Shown piece by piece: positions 31,763 through 46,316 of a stretch of 64,000 nucleotides of DNA. A model generated the notes under the pieces. The model worked only from the letters and a program-made list of their open reading frames with translations, made no database searches and was not told the origin of the DNA. Position 1 is the stretch's first letter, and every line of letters begins with the position of its first letter. A program made the position numbers and the translations under genes. This DNA is from Octopus vulgaris (lineage: Eukaryota), in the NCBI GenBank assembly GCA_951406725.2, contig OX597825.1:70246001-70310000 (forward strand), in the 5' to 3' direction.

Positions 31763-32746
31763 TATAGATAAAGATAGATAGACAGACAGACATGTAGCTA
31801 AATATACATGCATGCATATTTGTATGTATGTATGTATGTATGTATGTATGTATGCATGTATGTATGTATGTATGTATGCATGCATGTATGTATGTGTGTC
31901 AGTATGCATGTGTGTACGAATTTGCATGTGTGTATGTATTTGTATGTCTGTGTATATGTACTTGTTTGTGGTTCTATGTGTGGATGTGTAATATGAGTGT
32001 GTTCGAGTGTGTGTGTGTGCGCGCACGCACGCATTACACATCTATCTCAAATAAGTCAATCAACTAATTAAATATATTATTAGTTCAAAGTTTGCTATAT
32101 CTAGATTTGAAATTTTCTCTTAACTGTATGGGATTGCTATGTGTATATGCATATGGGTGTATGTAGGTGTGTAGATAATATATATACATACACACACACA
32201 CAGACAGACATATATATAAATATATATGTATATATATATATGTTTATCTATATCTATTCATGTGTATATATGAATGTATGCATGAATGTATATATGTGCA
32301 TATACATTTATAAGTATGTCAGATCACTATTAGTGATACCGATAACATGTAACCCGGTACAACCTGCCGCATGGTCGGGCGGTCGGCGACTAAGCCGGCA
32401 ACCTACGAAATTTACTTGTTAAGGTGCTTAGTTCGTGTTGGACACCGTGGAGGACGAAAAGTAAAGATATCAAAGGGCTAATGAACTCAGTTAAGTCAAC
32501 AACGATCTATCAGGTGGGGGCGAGATAGCATTAGTCTTTGTTTAAACATCTCTCTGGGGGAAGGAAAACTCTGATATAACATCTGCGACTTCGTTAGCAT
32601 CCAATGATGTAAAATAGTTCTTCTGGGACAAATAGTTCTTCTGGGACAAATGCATTCGTTGTTGAGAGAGTTGCTTCGGCCTCGTACAATACTTTTCCTC
32701 ACTTTTTAAAGTTTCGATTCTAAACGTTTCTGTCATGTTTTGTATA

Positions 32747-32960
32747 TGAGGGCGCATGGCCTAGTGCTCAAGGCGTTGCACTCACGACCGCAAGCTCATG
32801 GTTTCAATTCCTGACCCTGGTAGTGCGTTGTGTTTATGAGCCAAGCACTTCGTCTCACGGTGCTCTACGATCACTTCGACACCTGGCGTGCAGTACATCG
32901 TGCACCTGTACAGCGAGTGATCTAATGTAAAGCACAAACATTTGATCACTATAAGCGAAT
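32747..32960 (+). mobile_element. SINE family C-related copy
   Basis: gggcgcatggcctagtg...gtttcaattcctgacc tRNA-like head. Confidence 0.6.
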
Positions 32961-33254
32961 CATTTATGCAGATTGCATCGTAAGAAATTGCAGAACAAAA
33001 CTTTCTCGGGCAACGGGAGACTACCATTATGCGTCATATACTATGGCTGACCGTGGTTAAGAAAGGTAAAACATTCATTAAAAATTCCTTCATGGAAGGA
33101 AGGTATGCGTCAACATGAGTGCTCTGTGAACCCTTTCTGCCACGTGCGTTCAAAAATGTGTGGGTCTCTAGTAGGTTTGAAAAGCCACATCTGGCTATAT
33201 ATGTTTAAGAGAACAATCAAAGAGTGGCATTGCTCGAAATATATATATATATAT

Positions 33255-33455
33255 GACCGCGTGTATATCGTTGGCGATTTTCTTTCTCCATCTTCCCTTC
33301 CTTCGACTTTTCCTTTTTCTATGTTTCTGACGAAGAGCTCCGCTCGAAACGTTAAATCCTCTTTTTTTCTTTCCTTTCCTGAGCGTCCAATAACACAATA
33401 CTTGTTCCACGTCCTCGCGTTGTTGTGTTTTCTCTTTGTTCATACTTGGAGTAAC
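33255..33455 (+). mobile_element. TA-embedded short element with a canonical minimal hammerhead (33324-33356)
   Basis: ttt-CTGACGA-a-gagc-tcc-gctc-GAAA-cg-TT-aaa; (TA)n on both flanks. Confidence 0.7.
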
Positions 33456-33480
33456 TATATATATATATATATATAATGTA

Positions 33481-33570
33481 CAGTAATCTCTCGTCATATC
33501 GCGGTTCACCTATCGCGGTTTATCATTTAAGCTTACGTCGACTCCTCTGTGGTATATTTTTGCATTTATA
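33481..33570 (+). mobile_element. Tigger/pogo-like terminal fragment
   Basis: ta-cagtaatctctcgtcatatcgcggttcacctatcgcgg resembles pogo-type TIRs. Confidence 0.45.
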
Positions 33571-34098
33571 ACCAGAGAAGCACTCGAAGTGCGCAGACCT
33601 CCGCCAAGTAGCTCATTTCCACCCATATACACGCAAGCTGAAAATCGCCCAATTTCCCAAACCAACGCTGGCAAAAACATAACTTCTTTGGCGGGGTTTA
33701 AAAAATAACACAGCCATATGATTCTTTTTAAAATAACCTTTAAAAACAGGAATCATCTGAAGCAGTTATAATACAGCAATGACAACAGCACGCTAGTTTC
33801 ACCATACAACTAAGAAGAAAACAATTACTTAAAACTTGAGTGATACACGCACAACATCATGGTCAGAAAAGGAACAGACGGTTACGGTGATTTGAGGGCG
33901 CCAATCCTGGTTCACGTAAACATGATCTAGCAGGCTCACCACCACCATCACTACCAGTATAACCACTACAATACCACCATTACACAACTAACACTATCAT
34001 CAACACCACTATTACCACCATCACCTCAGCATCACACATCACACAGGCGGACAAACCAACACCGTGAAAACATAACCTCCTTCATTGGCGGAGGTAAT
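33571..34098. mobile_element. Non-autonomous Helitron/Helentron-like element
   Basis: Subterminal inverted motif acctccgccaa / ttggcggaggt, terminal hairpin acctcc...ggaggt, internal simple repeat. Confidence 0.5.
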
Positions 34099-34844
34099 AA
34101 AATAAATATATACAAATTATAAAAAAATAATCTTTAAAAATTTTATGTTTATAAAGTTATTTCGTGTTCTCGTATTTCGGTAATTTCAACCAATCAATGA
34201 CATGTATTCAGCTGAATAAAATTACTGCCGCTGTTTGTCAACAACAACTATCGGCGATGTATTTTTCGTTTGTCACTGTTATTTATTTTTAAAGGACATT
34301 GTAGAATAGGTGTGAGTGACTGGATCTGGCTTGTTTGAACATAGAATAAGTAGAACATAGAAGCAGAATATACGGGCGGTTTAAACACTAGCTAACAAGT
34401 TTAACGAAGACGTTTTCTGGTTCGTACACCTCCAAAAGAGTTTCTCTCTGTGATATTTCATTCTAGACGCCATGATCTTTTCCTCCTCACGTTCAACGTT
34501 TTAACGAACGTGCTTTGTACCCAGGGAGTACAGTTGAACTTAATATAATCGCGGACATAATCAAAAAGAGAAACCAATTGTGGTTGCTCGTGCAATCGTG
34601 TAATCGGTCTATTTTTACCCAAGCAGTGTCTAATTTTGTAAGAGACACTCTTGTTGTTACTGCAATGCCATACAGTAACGTTTTGCGATAACATCAAGTT
34701 AATAAAAGAAATATTTACAACGTATAGAGGAGTACTGACTTGAGACACAGTCTACAAGATACGTAATATACTTATGTGTGCCAGTGCGCTTATCATGGGT
34801 CGCGTATATTTTTTTTTTTTTTTTTTTTTGTACTTGTTTCAGTC

Positions 34845-35188
<344 letters not shown>

Positions 35189-35213
35189 GATATATATACA
35201 TATATATATATAC

Positions 35214-35249
<36 letters not shown>

Positions 35250-35865
35250 GATACATGTAATATACATACATCTATATACAAATATATGTGTGTATGTATA
35301 ATATATTCACTCGTATATACATTAACAGTGAAGGGCTAGCGTTTTACTGAATTTTTTTTTATAAGCGGGAGGGTCACATTATATTTGAGCATACTTAGTA
35401 CACGCTTTGAATATAATATGATATGATATATATATATATGTCTGTCTGTCTGTATGTATGTGTATATATATACATATATATACAAATATATATGCGTGTA
35501 TGTGTGCATATGTTAATGTGTGTGTATACATACATATATATCTATATATGTACGTATGTATGTATGTATACGTATGCATTCATGTGTGAGTGTGTATATA
35601 TATATATATATATATGTATGTATTTATGCATACACACATGTATTTGTATATATATATATATATATATATAATTGGTTAAACGTGAATATGAGTTAATTTT
35701 TGTGTATGCATCTCTCCTCTCCTCACACACACACACTCTGTCTCTCCCCCTCTCTCTCTCTCTGCATCTTTCACTTTTACTCCCTCTCTTTCCGTACAAG
35801 CATACACATATATATATATGTGTGTGTATGTATATATATATATATATATATAATGTGTGTGTATA

Positions 35866-35901
<36 letters not shown>

Positions 35902-36400
35902 TGTATGTATGTATGTATGTATGTATGTGTGTATGTTTGTATGTATGTATGTGTGTGTGTGTGTGTGCAGTATATATGTGTGTGTATACCCATGTACACG
36001 TGCAGCTCCACGCGTACAATGATTCACCTCACCACAAATCTAAATATAACATCATACGCTTATCAAAGTCCCAATACTAAGATTGTCAATCTAAATATAA
36101 AAATCTTAATTCATTAATTACACCCCACCCTATGCCTAATTATCTATATGCTAATTATTTATTTATATTTTAATTACATTGATAGCAATTATCTTCCTGG
36201 TGGTTTGATCGAAAAGTAATTGACCAGGTGAATGTACAGATGGATAGCGAATGTGTGAGCTTCCTCAAATACATATGGAGTAAGTGTTTATATATGTGTA
36301 TATATGCGTTGTGTATACTTATGTATACGTGTCAATATGTGTGTAAGTTTGTGCACCTGTGTGTATATGTCGCAGTTTATGCTTGTGTGTGTATGCCTGT

Positions 36401-36703
36401 GTGGAGGCGCAATGGCCCAGTGGTTAGGGCAGCGGACTCGCGGTCGGAGGATCGCGGTTTTGATTTCCAGACCAGGCGTTGTGTGTGTTTATTGAGCGAA
36501 AACACCTAAAGCTCCACGAGGCTCCGGCAGGGGGTGGTGGCGACCCCTGTTGTACTCTTTCGCCCCAGCTTTCTCTCACTCTTTCTTCCTGTTTCTTGAG
36601 TAACGCTGCGATGGACTAGCATCACGCCCAGCTGGGGGGAACACATACGCCATAGAAACCGGGAAACCGGGTCCATGAGCCTGGCTAGGCTTGAAAAGGG
36701 CAC
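36401..36703 (+). mobile_element. tRNA-derived SINE family C
   Basis: A box tggcccagtgg and B-box-like gttttgatttcc. Homologous to 38110 and 34881. Confidence 0.85.
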
Positions 36704-36921
36704 ATTTATGTCTGTACGGTTTCTTTTTTTCTTTTCTCTAGCTGTCTGTATATCTGTCTGTCTATCTGTCTCACTCTCTCTTTCATATGTGCGCGTGTGA
36801 GTGTATGTGTATTTGTGGGTGGGTGTATATGCGGTTTGATTGTTTCGCGTCGAGCACAAGCATGTACTCTGTATGTGCCAATATATACACACTTATATTC
36901 ACACACATATATACATATATA

Positions 36922-37060
36922 TGGTGTGGCTGTGTGGTAAGTAACTTGCTTCCCAACCACTTAGAACCTTAAGCAAGTGTCTTCTCCTATAGCCTCGAGC
37001 CGACCAAAGCTTTCTGGGTGGATTTGGTAGACGGAATTGGAAAGAAGCACGTTCTATGTA

Positions 37061-37097
<37 letters not shown>

Positions 37098-37236
37098 TTG
37101 TGTGTCTGTGTTTGTCCCCACCACCATCGCATGACAACCGATGCTGATGCAGTTACGACCCCCTAAACTTAGCGGTTCGGCAAACGAGACCGATAGAATA
37201 AGTAATAGGCTTACAAAGAAAAAGTCATGGGGCCAA
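36922..37236 (+). mobile_element. SINE family A, partial
   Basis: tggctgtgtggtaag head and body blocks. Confidence 0.75.
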
Positions 37237-37242
37237 TTTAAG

Positions 37243-37285
37243 GTGGATTGCCTCTTAACCATAGGCTGAAACAGCTGTAAGGAGC
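37243..37285 (+). ncRNA. 5'-truncated hammerhead remnant
   Basis: gcct-loop-aggc-t-GAAA-cagctg-TA-agg, with the same palindromic helix III as 18457 and 63911. CUGA box lost at the SINE junction. Confidence 0.4.
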
Positions 37286-37623
37286 AGTTTATTCGCGTTA
37301 TTTTTATTGTATTATTAATTTGCATATTGAGGTATATTGTTTTGTTCGATTTTCATGTTCCTATTTATATAATTAATAAATAATATGAAATTGTAATATC
37401 TGTAAGTTGATGATCGAAATGAATTTGTTCCTCCATTTTCTTATTTGTATTATGGATTTACAGTAAAATATTTTACCTTCACCCATCCAATACAATAAAT
37501 GAATTAATTGCATTGCAATTTTAAGCATTTATGTATTTAGTATATGGGTGCTTCACCAACAGTATATTGGATAACTGATATCCCATAGTCGGTTACCCTC
37601 ATAACCCCTATCTTACTTTGTAC

Positions 37624-37655
<32 letters not shown>

Positions 37656-37665
37656 TATATACATT

Positions 37666-37798
<133 letters not shown>

Positions 37799-38109
37799 CA
37801 TCATTCCTATTATGTTAAACTGCCATATGTCCAAATTTGGCCAAATGCGTTCTTTTTTGTTTTCAATATTTATTTTTGCTTACAATAGCAGGTTCTTTTG
37901 GTCAAACTATCGTATCTCCAGCTGGTTTAGATGCCAAGAGATAAAAATTGTCGAAGTGTAGTACAACGGTTTTGCTATGGAAAGGTGAAACTACATTTTT
38001 GTTTTCTGAGCATAATAGCAACAATATATATATATATATATATATGTGTGTGTATGTATGTATGTATGTATGTATGTATGTATGTATGTATGTATGTATG
38101 TATGTATGT

Positions 38110-38405
38110 GTGGAGGCACAATGGTCCAGTGGTTAGGGCAGCGGACTCGCAGTTGTAGGATCGCGGTTTCCCAGACCGGGCGTTGTGAGCGAAAACACCT
38201 AAAAGCTCCACGACGCTCAGGCAGGGTTTGTGGCTATCCCTGCTGTATTCTTTCGCCACAACTTTCTCTCACTATTTCTTCTGTTGGCCTGCTCGCTTAG
38301 CCAGCGGGGTGGCGTCATTTGAAGGCTAAAACAATGCGAAGCGCATTGTGACCAGCGATGTGTAGCAACATCTGATAGCCTGGTCGGTCACGGTGATCAC
38401 GGTGA
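38110..38405 (+). mobile_element. tRNA-derived SINE family C
   Basis: tggaggcacaatggtccagtggttagggcagcggactcgc head and a cacggtgat repeat tail. Confidence 0.85.
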
Positions 38406-38858
38406 TGTATGTATGTATCTGCAAGCGAGCAAGTCCATACATCATACTGAATTAGTTCTAATTTATGTATATTCTGATGACGCAGTTCACCTGCCTTTCT
38501 AAAGCGTAATTGAACACGGGAACACGGTATATTAGCGGTTATTACATCACATTATAGAAACATACGCATTCAATGTTAGTAACGAGGACGTAAAGCAAGG
38601 GACAGCGAATAACTGATAGTTTGGGTGTTGAAGGTAATGAATAATCTGGAGATGTCATTGTCCTCTCACCGTTATATCGCGGTGGCTGACACGGTTGGAG
38701 TCGCTGTCACACAAATTTGTGATAATCGCATGTATCATATTTAGTTCTGCATGTCAAAGGTAGATATATATGTATGTTTTAGTGGAGTTGTCCTTCATCT
38801 TTTAGCGAAGGAGTTTCCTAACTGTTTTTGACAACATTCTGCTCTTTGTATTACTCCC

Positions 38859-38958
<100 letters not shown>

Positions 38959-39105
38959 CGCCTCTTTTTATTTCTCTTATCTCTACCTACCGCCTTTCCT
39001 CTTCTCTCTCTTTCGGACCTTGGATGTATTTATATATATATATACTAATATACACATACATGTACATTTAAACATGCATATACACACACACACACACACA
39101 CATAC

Positions 39106-39146
<41 letters not shown>

Positions 39147-39225
39147 CACATACGTAACTATATCTATATATATATATTATATGCTAATTTTAGGTGTGTG
39201 TGTGTATCCGTGTGTGTGTGTGTGT

Positions 39226-39273
<48 letters not shown>

Positions 39274-39327
39274 TCATTGTTAATTTTATTGTTCGTTTAT
39301 TTGATTTGACAATATATATATATATAT

Positions 39328-39712
39328 ACTAGCAGTATAGCCCGGCGTTGCTCGGGTTTGTTTTCTTTTCGACCCTATAGAATTGGAATTTTTGAAAAGT
39401 AAAAATTTTGCAATATGTAGGTTGTTATTCTCTTTAAGTGAACATTTTTCTGGTTGAAATACATCAAAAAATGGCGACACAGCAGTCAAAAAATCGTAAA
39501 AAATAGGGATTTTCATAGAAAAAAAAGCAAATTTTTGATGTAAATAAGTTTTGGTTTTAACATAGCCCGATTTGTATTTTTTCTACTACAGAATAAAGAG
39601 CAAGCCTTCTTCTATCATACTCTCAATTTTGGTCAACTTGCGCCGCAGGGACTCCGAGGAGATAGTGTTAGTTGAAGGCTACCCAACATATATATATTTA
39701 TAGATAGATAGA
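39328..39712 (+). mobile_element. Non-autonomous Helitron-like element
   Basis: Starts actagcagtatagcccggcgttgctcggg (ACTAG terminus plus hairpin cccgg...ctcggg) and ends in tatagat-type repeats. Confidence 0.55.
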
Positions 39713-39849
39713 CAGATATATAATGTATAAACATATATGTAAATATATGTATATGCAAAGCTATACATATAATATACATACACCCGTGTATATATATATA
39801 TATATATATATACATACACCCGTGTATGTATATATGTATATATATATAT

Positions 39850-39927
<78 letters not shown>

Positions 39928-39929
39928 CG

Positions 39930-40103
39930 CAAGCTACTACACACTCTTTATTTTCTTTCCGTGTTTCTTTCTGTGTTCCTTTCTGTGGAAGAGCGTAGGC
40001 TCGAAACATTAAAGACCTCTTCACTTCCCGAGGGTTATACTAATACATCTGTTTGTTGTCTACACTACCTACCCTCGTCTTTTGTTTTTTCCTGAATTCT
40101 CCC
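39930..40103 (+). mobile_element. Family H1 element, hammerhead-like motif at 39979-40014
   Basis: cttt-CTGTGGA-a-gagc-gtag-gctc-GAAA-ca-TT-aaag. Confidence 0.65.
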
Positions 40104-40132
40104 TATATATATATATATATTGAACAGTTTGC

Positions 40133-40361
40133 ATCCCGGCCACATAGTTTCGGGTTCAGTTCCACTGAGAGGAACCTTGAGTAAATGTTTTCTACTTTAC
40201 GCATGGGTCGACTAAATACCTTTGTGTGTATTTTACGGTACATATTTTAAAGTCTGGTACTTATTCTAGCGGAATCTTTTGCCGAAGCGCTAGGATACGG
40301 AGACACAAACAAACCGACTGCAGTTGCGAAGCAGTGCTGCGGGACAAAAACGCACACACAC

Positions 40362-40409
<48 letters not shown>

Positions 40410-40625
40410 AACACACACGCGCATTCACACACATACATACATATATATATATACATATATATATATACGTCGGGCTTCTTGCAGTTTTCGTCTGTAAAAT
40501 ACACACAAAGGGATTTAGTCGACCCGTGCGTAAAGTAGAAAACATTTACTCATGGTTCCTCTCAGTGGGACTGAACCCGAAACCATGTGGTCGGGAGGCA
40601 AACTTTTCAATACACAGTCACGCTG
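40133..40625. mobile_element. Diverged SINE A copy (-) with an inverted duplicate of its head
   Basis: 40133-40238 is the reverse complement of 40493-40598. Confidence 0.75.
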
Positions 40626-41244
40626 TATGCATGCATGTATGTATGAATAACTGAATGTATGTATATTTATCATTCCATGAGCATATTACTGACATACAAT
40701 GATATTCAGATGATTGGCTAGTTCGATTCTGAGATCATCCAGATCAAGAAAAAAAAAGAAAGGAAACCACGTTGGTCTAATACAGAACATTTGTTCTCAG
40801 TTCTCTTGTGTTTTGTTTTTGCTCCCAAAGTATTGTCAGCACACGATGTCAAGATAACAATAGACCTCGAGGCGATCCATTGCTGCAATACAAAATAGAT
40901 CGCATCGGTACAAAAGAAGAGCTACTTCGAGAGATTAAAATAACTAATACTCTCCTCCTTATGGCCAAGGGTCGAGGTGTAGGGAAAAAGATGAGCTTCA
41001 AGTTATCCGTAGATAACGTAAGAAACAATTTTAGGAAGCAATAGTAGTTTATTAGTACGGAAGGTTGTGAATTTTTACCAATATCGAAAGAGGATAAGCG
41101 GAATAAAATTATTTTATATTTCACGGTTGGCAACCAGGGTTGCCAGGTATGTGAATAAAAATCCCAGAGTTAAGGAATGAAACGGAAACTCGGAAATAAT
41201 AGATATCCATGTGAGATCAGACAGTACAAATCGGACACAGACAG

Positions 41245-41392
41245 TGTGTCGTTAGCCCGCTGGAGCAGATGTCTTCCTTGGGCTATAACTAACAGTAGCA
41301 TCGTCACTTATGGGTTCGCCACATTTAGGTGGCAAAAATACTTCACGATTCCGTGTTGCTACTGTTTACATCTCGCTCAGAGATTTACCATT
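41245..41392 (-). repeat. Dispersed repeat family D, diverged
   Basis: gccacatttaggtggcaaaaatacttcacgat is shared with 47160-47250 and 63670-63800. Confidence 0.7.
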
Positions 41393-41394
41393 GC

Positions 41395-41481
<87 letters not shown>

Positions 41482-41507
41482 GCAGACAGACAGACAGACA
41501 GACAGAC

Positions 41508-41596
<89 letters not shown>

Positions 41597-41612
41597 TACA
41601 TAGAGAGAGAGA

Positions 41613-41755
41613 GATGTACTTGCATAGCAAGTGACCTGATCTGGGATCGTGTGCTGAAACAAAAACAACTGCAGCGTAGAAAGTGTTTATAAGCCATTTA
41701 AAAACACACAGAAACCGTTAGATTCACTTCAACATTTAAATTTAATTTGCCAAAA
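41613..41755 (-). repeat. Dispersed short repeat, copy 2 of 2405-2548
   Basis: Reverse-complement match. Confidence 0.75.
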
Positions 41756-41807
41756 TCTTTTCGTCGCTTTGTATATATATTCGCATACTCACACACACAG
41801 AAGCACA

Positions 41808-41863
<56 letters not shown>

Positions 41864-41977
41864 AACTTTTATATCATTGTTTATTGGTATTTACGCAGAA
41901 GGAAAACACTCTATGACGCGCACATGACTGTCTTCAAAGGAGAAATGATACAATTGATTATGTAAGTCAAATTATGT

Positions 41978-42392
41978 AGGCGCAGGAGTGGCTGTGTGGT
42001 AAGTAGCTTGCTAACCAACCACATGGTTCCGAGTTCAGTCCCACTGCGTGGCACCTTGGGCAAGTGTTTTCTGCTATAGCCCTGGGCCGACCAATGCCTT
42101 GTGAGTGAATTTGGTAGACGGAAACTGAAAGAAGCCTGTCGTATATATGTATATATATATAAGTGTGTGTGTGTGTATATGTTTGTGTGTCTGTGTTTGT
42201 CCCCCTAGCATTGCTTGACAACCGATGCTGGTGTGTTTACGTCCCCGTCACTTAGCGGTTCGTCAAAAGAGACCGATAGAATAAGTACTGGGCTTACAAA
42301 GAATAAGTCCCGGGGTCGATTTGCTCGACTAAAGGCGGTGCTCCAGCATGGCCGCAGTCAAATGACTGAAACAAGTAAAAGAGTAAAAGAGA
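41978..42392 (+). mobile_element. SINE family A, full length
   Basis: aggcgcaggagtggctgtgtgg...acaagtaaaagagtaaaagag. Confidence 0.92.
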
Positions 42393-42614
42393 GATCTGAA
42401 ACAGAATATGTTAAATGGATTTGTTTTTAGATCATACATATGCTCAATCTGGTTTGGCCGAAGGTTAAACTACAGCAACATGATTAAGAACAACAATGTA
42501 ATGTGTTATGAGAAGCACCTACAGAGAATTAAGTCATATGCCGATATCTCTCTCTCTCTCAATCTCTCTTTTTCTCTCTTCCCCACTCTCTTGCGTAGAT
42601 AGATAGATAGACCG

Positions 42615-42700
<86 letters not shown>

Positions 42701-42931
42701 TGTTTCTTTATTACCCACAAGGGGCTAAACATAGAGGGGACAAACAAGGACAGACAAACGGATTAAGTCGATTACGTCGACCCCAGTGCGGGACTGGTAC
42801 TTAATTTATCGACTCCGAAAGGATGAAAGGCAAAGTCGAATTCGGCGAAATTTGAACTCAGAACGTAACGGCAGACGAAATACTGCTAAGCATTTCGCCC
42901 GGCGTGCTAACGTCTCTGCCAGCTCACCGCC
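42701..42931 (-). mobile_element. SINE family B, full length, between (GATA)n tracts
   Basis: Aligns to 20349-20575. Confidence 0.88.
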
Positions 42932-42940
42932 TTATTAGAT

Positions 42941-43028
<88 letters not shown>

Positions 43029-43118
43029 ATGATATTTATATAGAAAGTATTGAAACACTTTAGGAGCATGAAATGAAATGAATGATTTTTGGTAAATATT
43101 CACAAAATGTCCACTCAC

Positions 43119-43271
43119 CTGTAAGTACATGAGAAAACGTTCTTGTTGGTCATCTGACAGAAAATCCTCATCTTTCGACGTGGGAAAATCTCTCTTAGTT
43201 TCTGAAAATTCCGATTTCATAGAATCTGTTAGTTTCCATAAGTTACTCGATGTATTTTGGCGCGCCAACAT
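43119..43271 (-). CDS. Probable first coding exon of the host gene (MLARQNTSSNLWKLTDSMKSEFSETKRDFPTSKDEDFLSDDQQERFLMYLQ)
   Basis: Unique non-repetitive sequence, 51 codons from ATG to a canonical donor CAG|GTGAGT in phase 0, compatible with the 27345 acceptor. The frame is open further upstream, so the true start is uncertain. Confidence 0.5.
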
Positions 43272-44109
43272 TATCGACTCATCAGCAGAAAGCAAACCAG
43301 AGGTGCGAGATAAAGATATGCTGTTGCTGGAAAATTGGAGTTTCGGAAGTATATAGGGAGTTTTATTGAAATATAAGATTTTTCCTTCGTCTTTGATAAC
43401 CGTGGTACTCTTTTCTTTGATGGGAGCCTTCTTTTTTCTTTATCCGTTATTGAATGTTTCGTCTCTTTCTCACTCTTCTCTATATATATCGATCTCTCTT
43501 TCTCTTTCTGTTACAGGAACCAAGAATTTTCAATTGAAGAATAATATTAATAAATTGTTAATATTTTTATATTGTCTTATGTTATATTCTCAAAATCTTA
43601 GCTTTAAAAAAAGCAAAATAATTTACGTAAATTAATTATTATTAATAAAATAACTGATTATGTTAGTAATTATATTATTACTGATGTTAAGATATTATTA
43701 ATAAAATAACTGATTATGTTAGTAATTATATTATTACTGATGTTAAGATATAAATAATAATGGCAATTTACAGATATAAGGAACACCGGTAAAAGATGTC
43801 TTATTTTGTCGTTCACTTGAACTCTTCTAATCCAATTAATCAGTGTTATTTTCCTTTTGTTTACCTGCCCACAAAATTGCAATTAGCTTTGGATGTTTAC
43901 AAGTAATGTCACATGTCTTAAAAGGCGATATTCTAAAGTTTGTGTATATGTGTGTACACATATGTGTGGAGGTAGACGGACATACGCGTGGGTAAGTGGT
44001 TCTATGACTTTGTGGACGATATGAGAAACTGGAAGAAAAGAGGTAGAGGAGAGTAATGAAGCACAGAGAGAGAGAGGGAGAGTAAGGAGAAAGGGGGAGT
44101 GAGGGAAAG

Positions 44110-44209
44110 NNNNNNNNNNNNNNNNNNNNNNNNNNNNNNNNNNNNNNNNNNNNNNNNNNNNNNNNNNNNNNNNNNNNNNNNNNNNNNNNNNNNNNNNNNN
44201 NNNNNNNNN
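44110..44209. other. Assembly gap (100 N)
   Basis: Run of n. Confidence 1.
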
Positions 44210-44243
44210 TTCACAACAGAAATCACTGCAAGAGAGAATTGTT

Positions 44244-44345
<102 letters not shown>

Positions 44346-46246
44346 CTTTTCTGTCACATATAATAAAAGTTGGTCAGCGAATAAGTTATGTCTATGTCCC
44401 TTTCTGGCCCTTTAAGACAATTTGGAATTATATCAGCCAATAATCCAGATTAAAACGTCTGTTTTTCACTATACGTTTTTCGGTGAGACTTAAGCCGCTT
44501 TTAATCCAGAATTTGTTTTGGTCCTAAAGATTGCGCTTTCTATCAGATTTCTATTTTTATCTAAATTGCAAGTTTATGCGATTGTTTATTTTTGCTTTTG
44601 TTTTGTTTTTGGGAAGGATTAGGGTTTTTTGTATTCCACTCAGATTAGATATTTTCAATGCATATAATTGTTTTGTTCTCCTTTGATTTAATCGTGATTT
44701 ATACAACGAATAGGCAATCAATCCTAGACATCGTAAATGCGTTGGTTATTTGAAAACGTTGGTCTTTTTAACGATCTATATATCTACCTGTCTCTCTGTG
44801 TACCTCTCTGTCTATTTATCTATTTATCTATCTATCTATTTATCTACCTTTCTGTCTGTCTGTCTGTCAATTTACCTAGCCGTCTGCCTGCTTTTCTGTC
44901 GTTTACTTTCCTGTCTTACTCTCGTTCGTTCTCTTTATCTCACTATCGTGTTCTGCCAGCTTTCTTCTTACTAAGGCTACTAGTTCCATTAAAAACCTTA
45001 CATCAACTCGAGAACAAATTCTGTTCACAGACCAACTACTAATTTAAAACTCCTAAACTGGCCACTTTTAATTCTCCAAATGCATTTTACAGTTTCTTAC
45101 TTTGTGCTGTTGTTTTATTTTTTCTTTCTCTCTCCCCATCATTTCATCATTATTTTCATTATTATTACTATTATTATTATTATTATTTTATCTTTCTACA
45201 GTTTAAACAACCAGGAAATAGCAATTAACACAACCCCCAGAACAGCCAAACAACAAATATATGAAAACACATTTCAAAAGAAAAGTAACCAGCGACATCT
45301 GGTGACTGGTATGAACAAACAACGAAGTGTCACCTTAGTTGTACCAGACCGCCTCAAGTTTAATCAAATACCTTCTTTATTTTACTCACTCTTGCTATAT
45401 TTTATGTTTATTTGATATGTATGTTTTTCATTATTTGCTTTTTATTTTTTGTTTGTTCTTCGATTTTTCTCGTAACTCAGCCACAGGAATTAAAGTGCAA
45501 AGGTTGACAGAAGAATTAACTCAGGAAAATATGTGGTTTCTTTATTGGATACAGGAACCAATACACGAAATACAGAACTGTTTATACAAAATTATTACAA
45601 ACATGATGGGCTGTATTTATGTTATAAATAGAGGAAGGGCAAAAAACGTAGCAAAATTTTTTTAAACAAATAAGAGATTTAAAATATATCACGAAAGAAA
45701 ACAAAAAAAAGCACCCGCAAAGGGCAAGGACCAACAGTCGGAGTATATCGATAAATTATGTAACTAACAATCCGTTAATAGTGACGGAAGCAGTATTAGT
45801 TCAAAATAGCATTTTGTATATCGCACTCACCGTGGATGTACTAAAACCCCCAAAAAATAATAAACCACACAACTGGTTTTTCGAGGCGAATACTGCAGTT
45901 GTGTGATTCTCTACAGAACATCCACGTTGTGCAGAACATACACAACGGTGTATAACAGAAAATTGTTTACGGAATTATTAATCGGAAATATAATTAACAA
46001 TTTTAACGCCCCTTCTAGATTATCAATCGAAGTTTCAAGAATGCCTAAGAAGCTCGCATTTTAACCATTTGGTTTCGAGTTTAGTCTCACAGCGCGACAC
46101 CTTGAGCAAGTGTCTTTTTCTATAATCCCAATGCAAATAATGCTATCTGAATAAATTTGATAAACAGTACATATATGATTAAGCACAGGGGTCGATGTAA
46201 TCGATTAGCCTCGCTCCCAAAATTATATGTGTCTATAGTAGAAAGG

Positions 46247-46314
<68 letters not shown>

Positions 46315-46316
<2 letters not shown>

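Noticed and set aside
36401-36475. tRNA gene
   Set aside because: It is the tRNA-like head of a multi-copy SINE followed by the SINE body, without a proper cloverleaf end.
45339-45665. Plus-strand ORF/exon after a T-rich tract
   Set aside because: An acceptor-like site is present, but there is no donor or recognisable protein motif.
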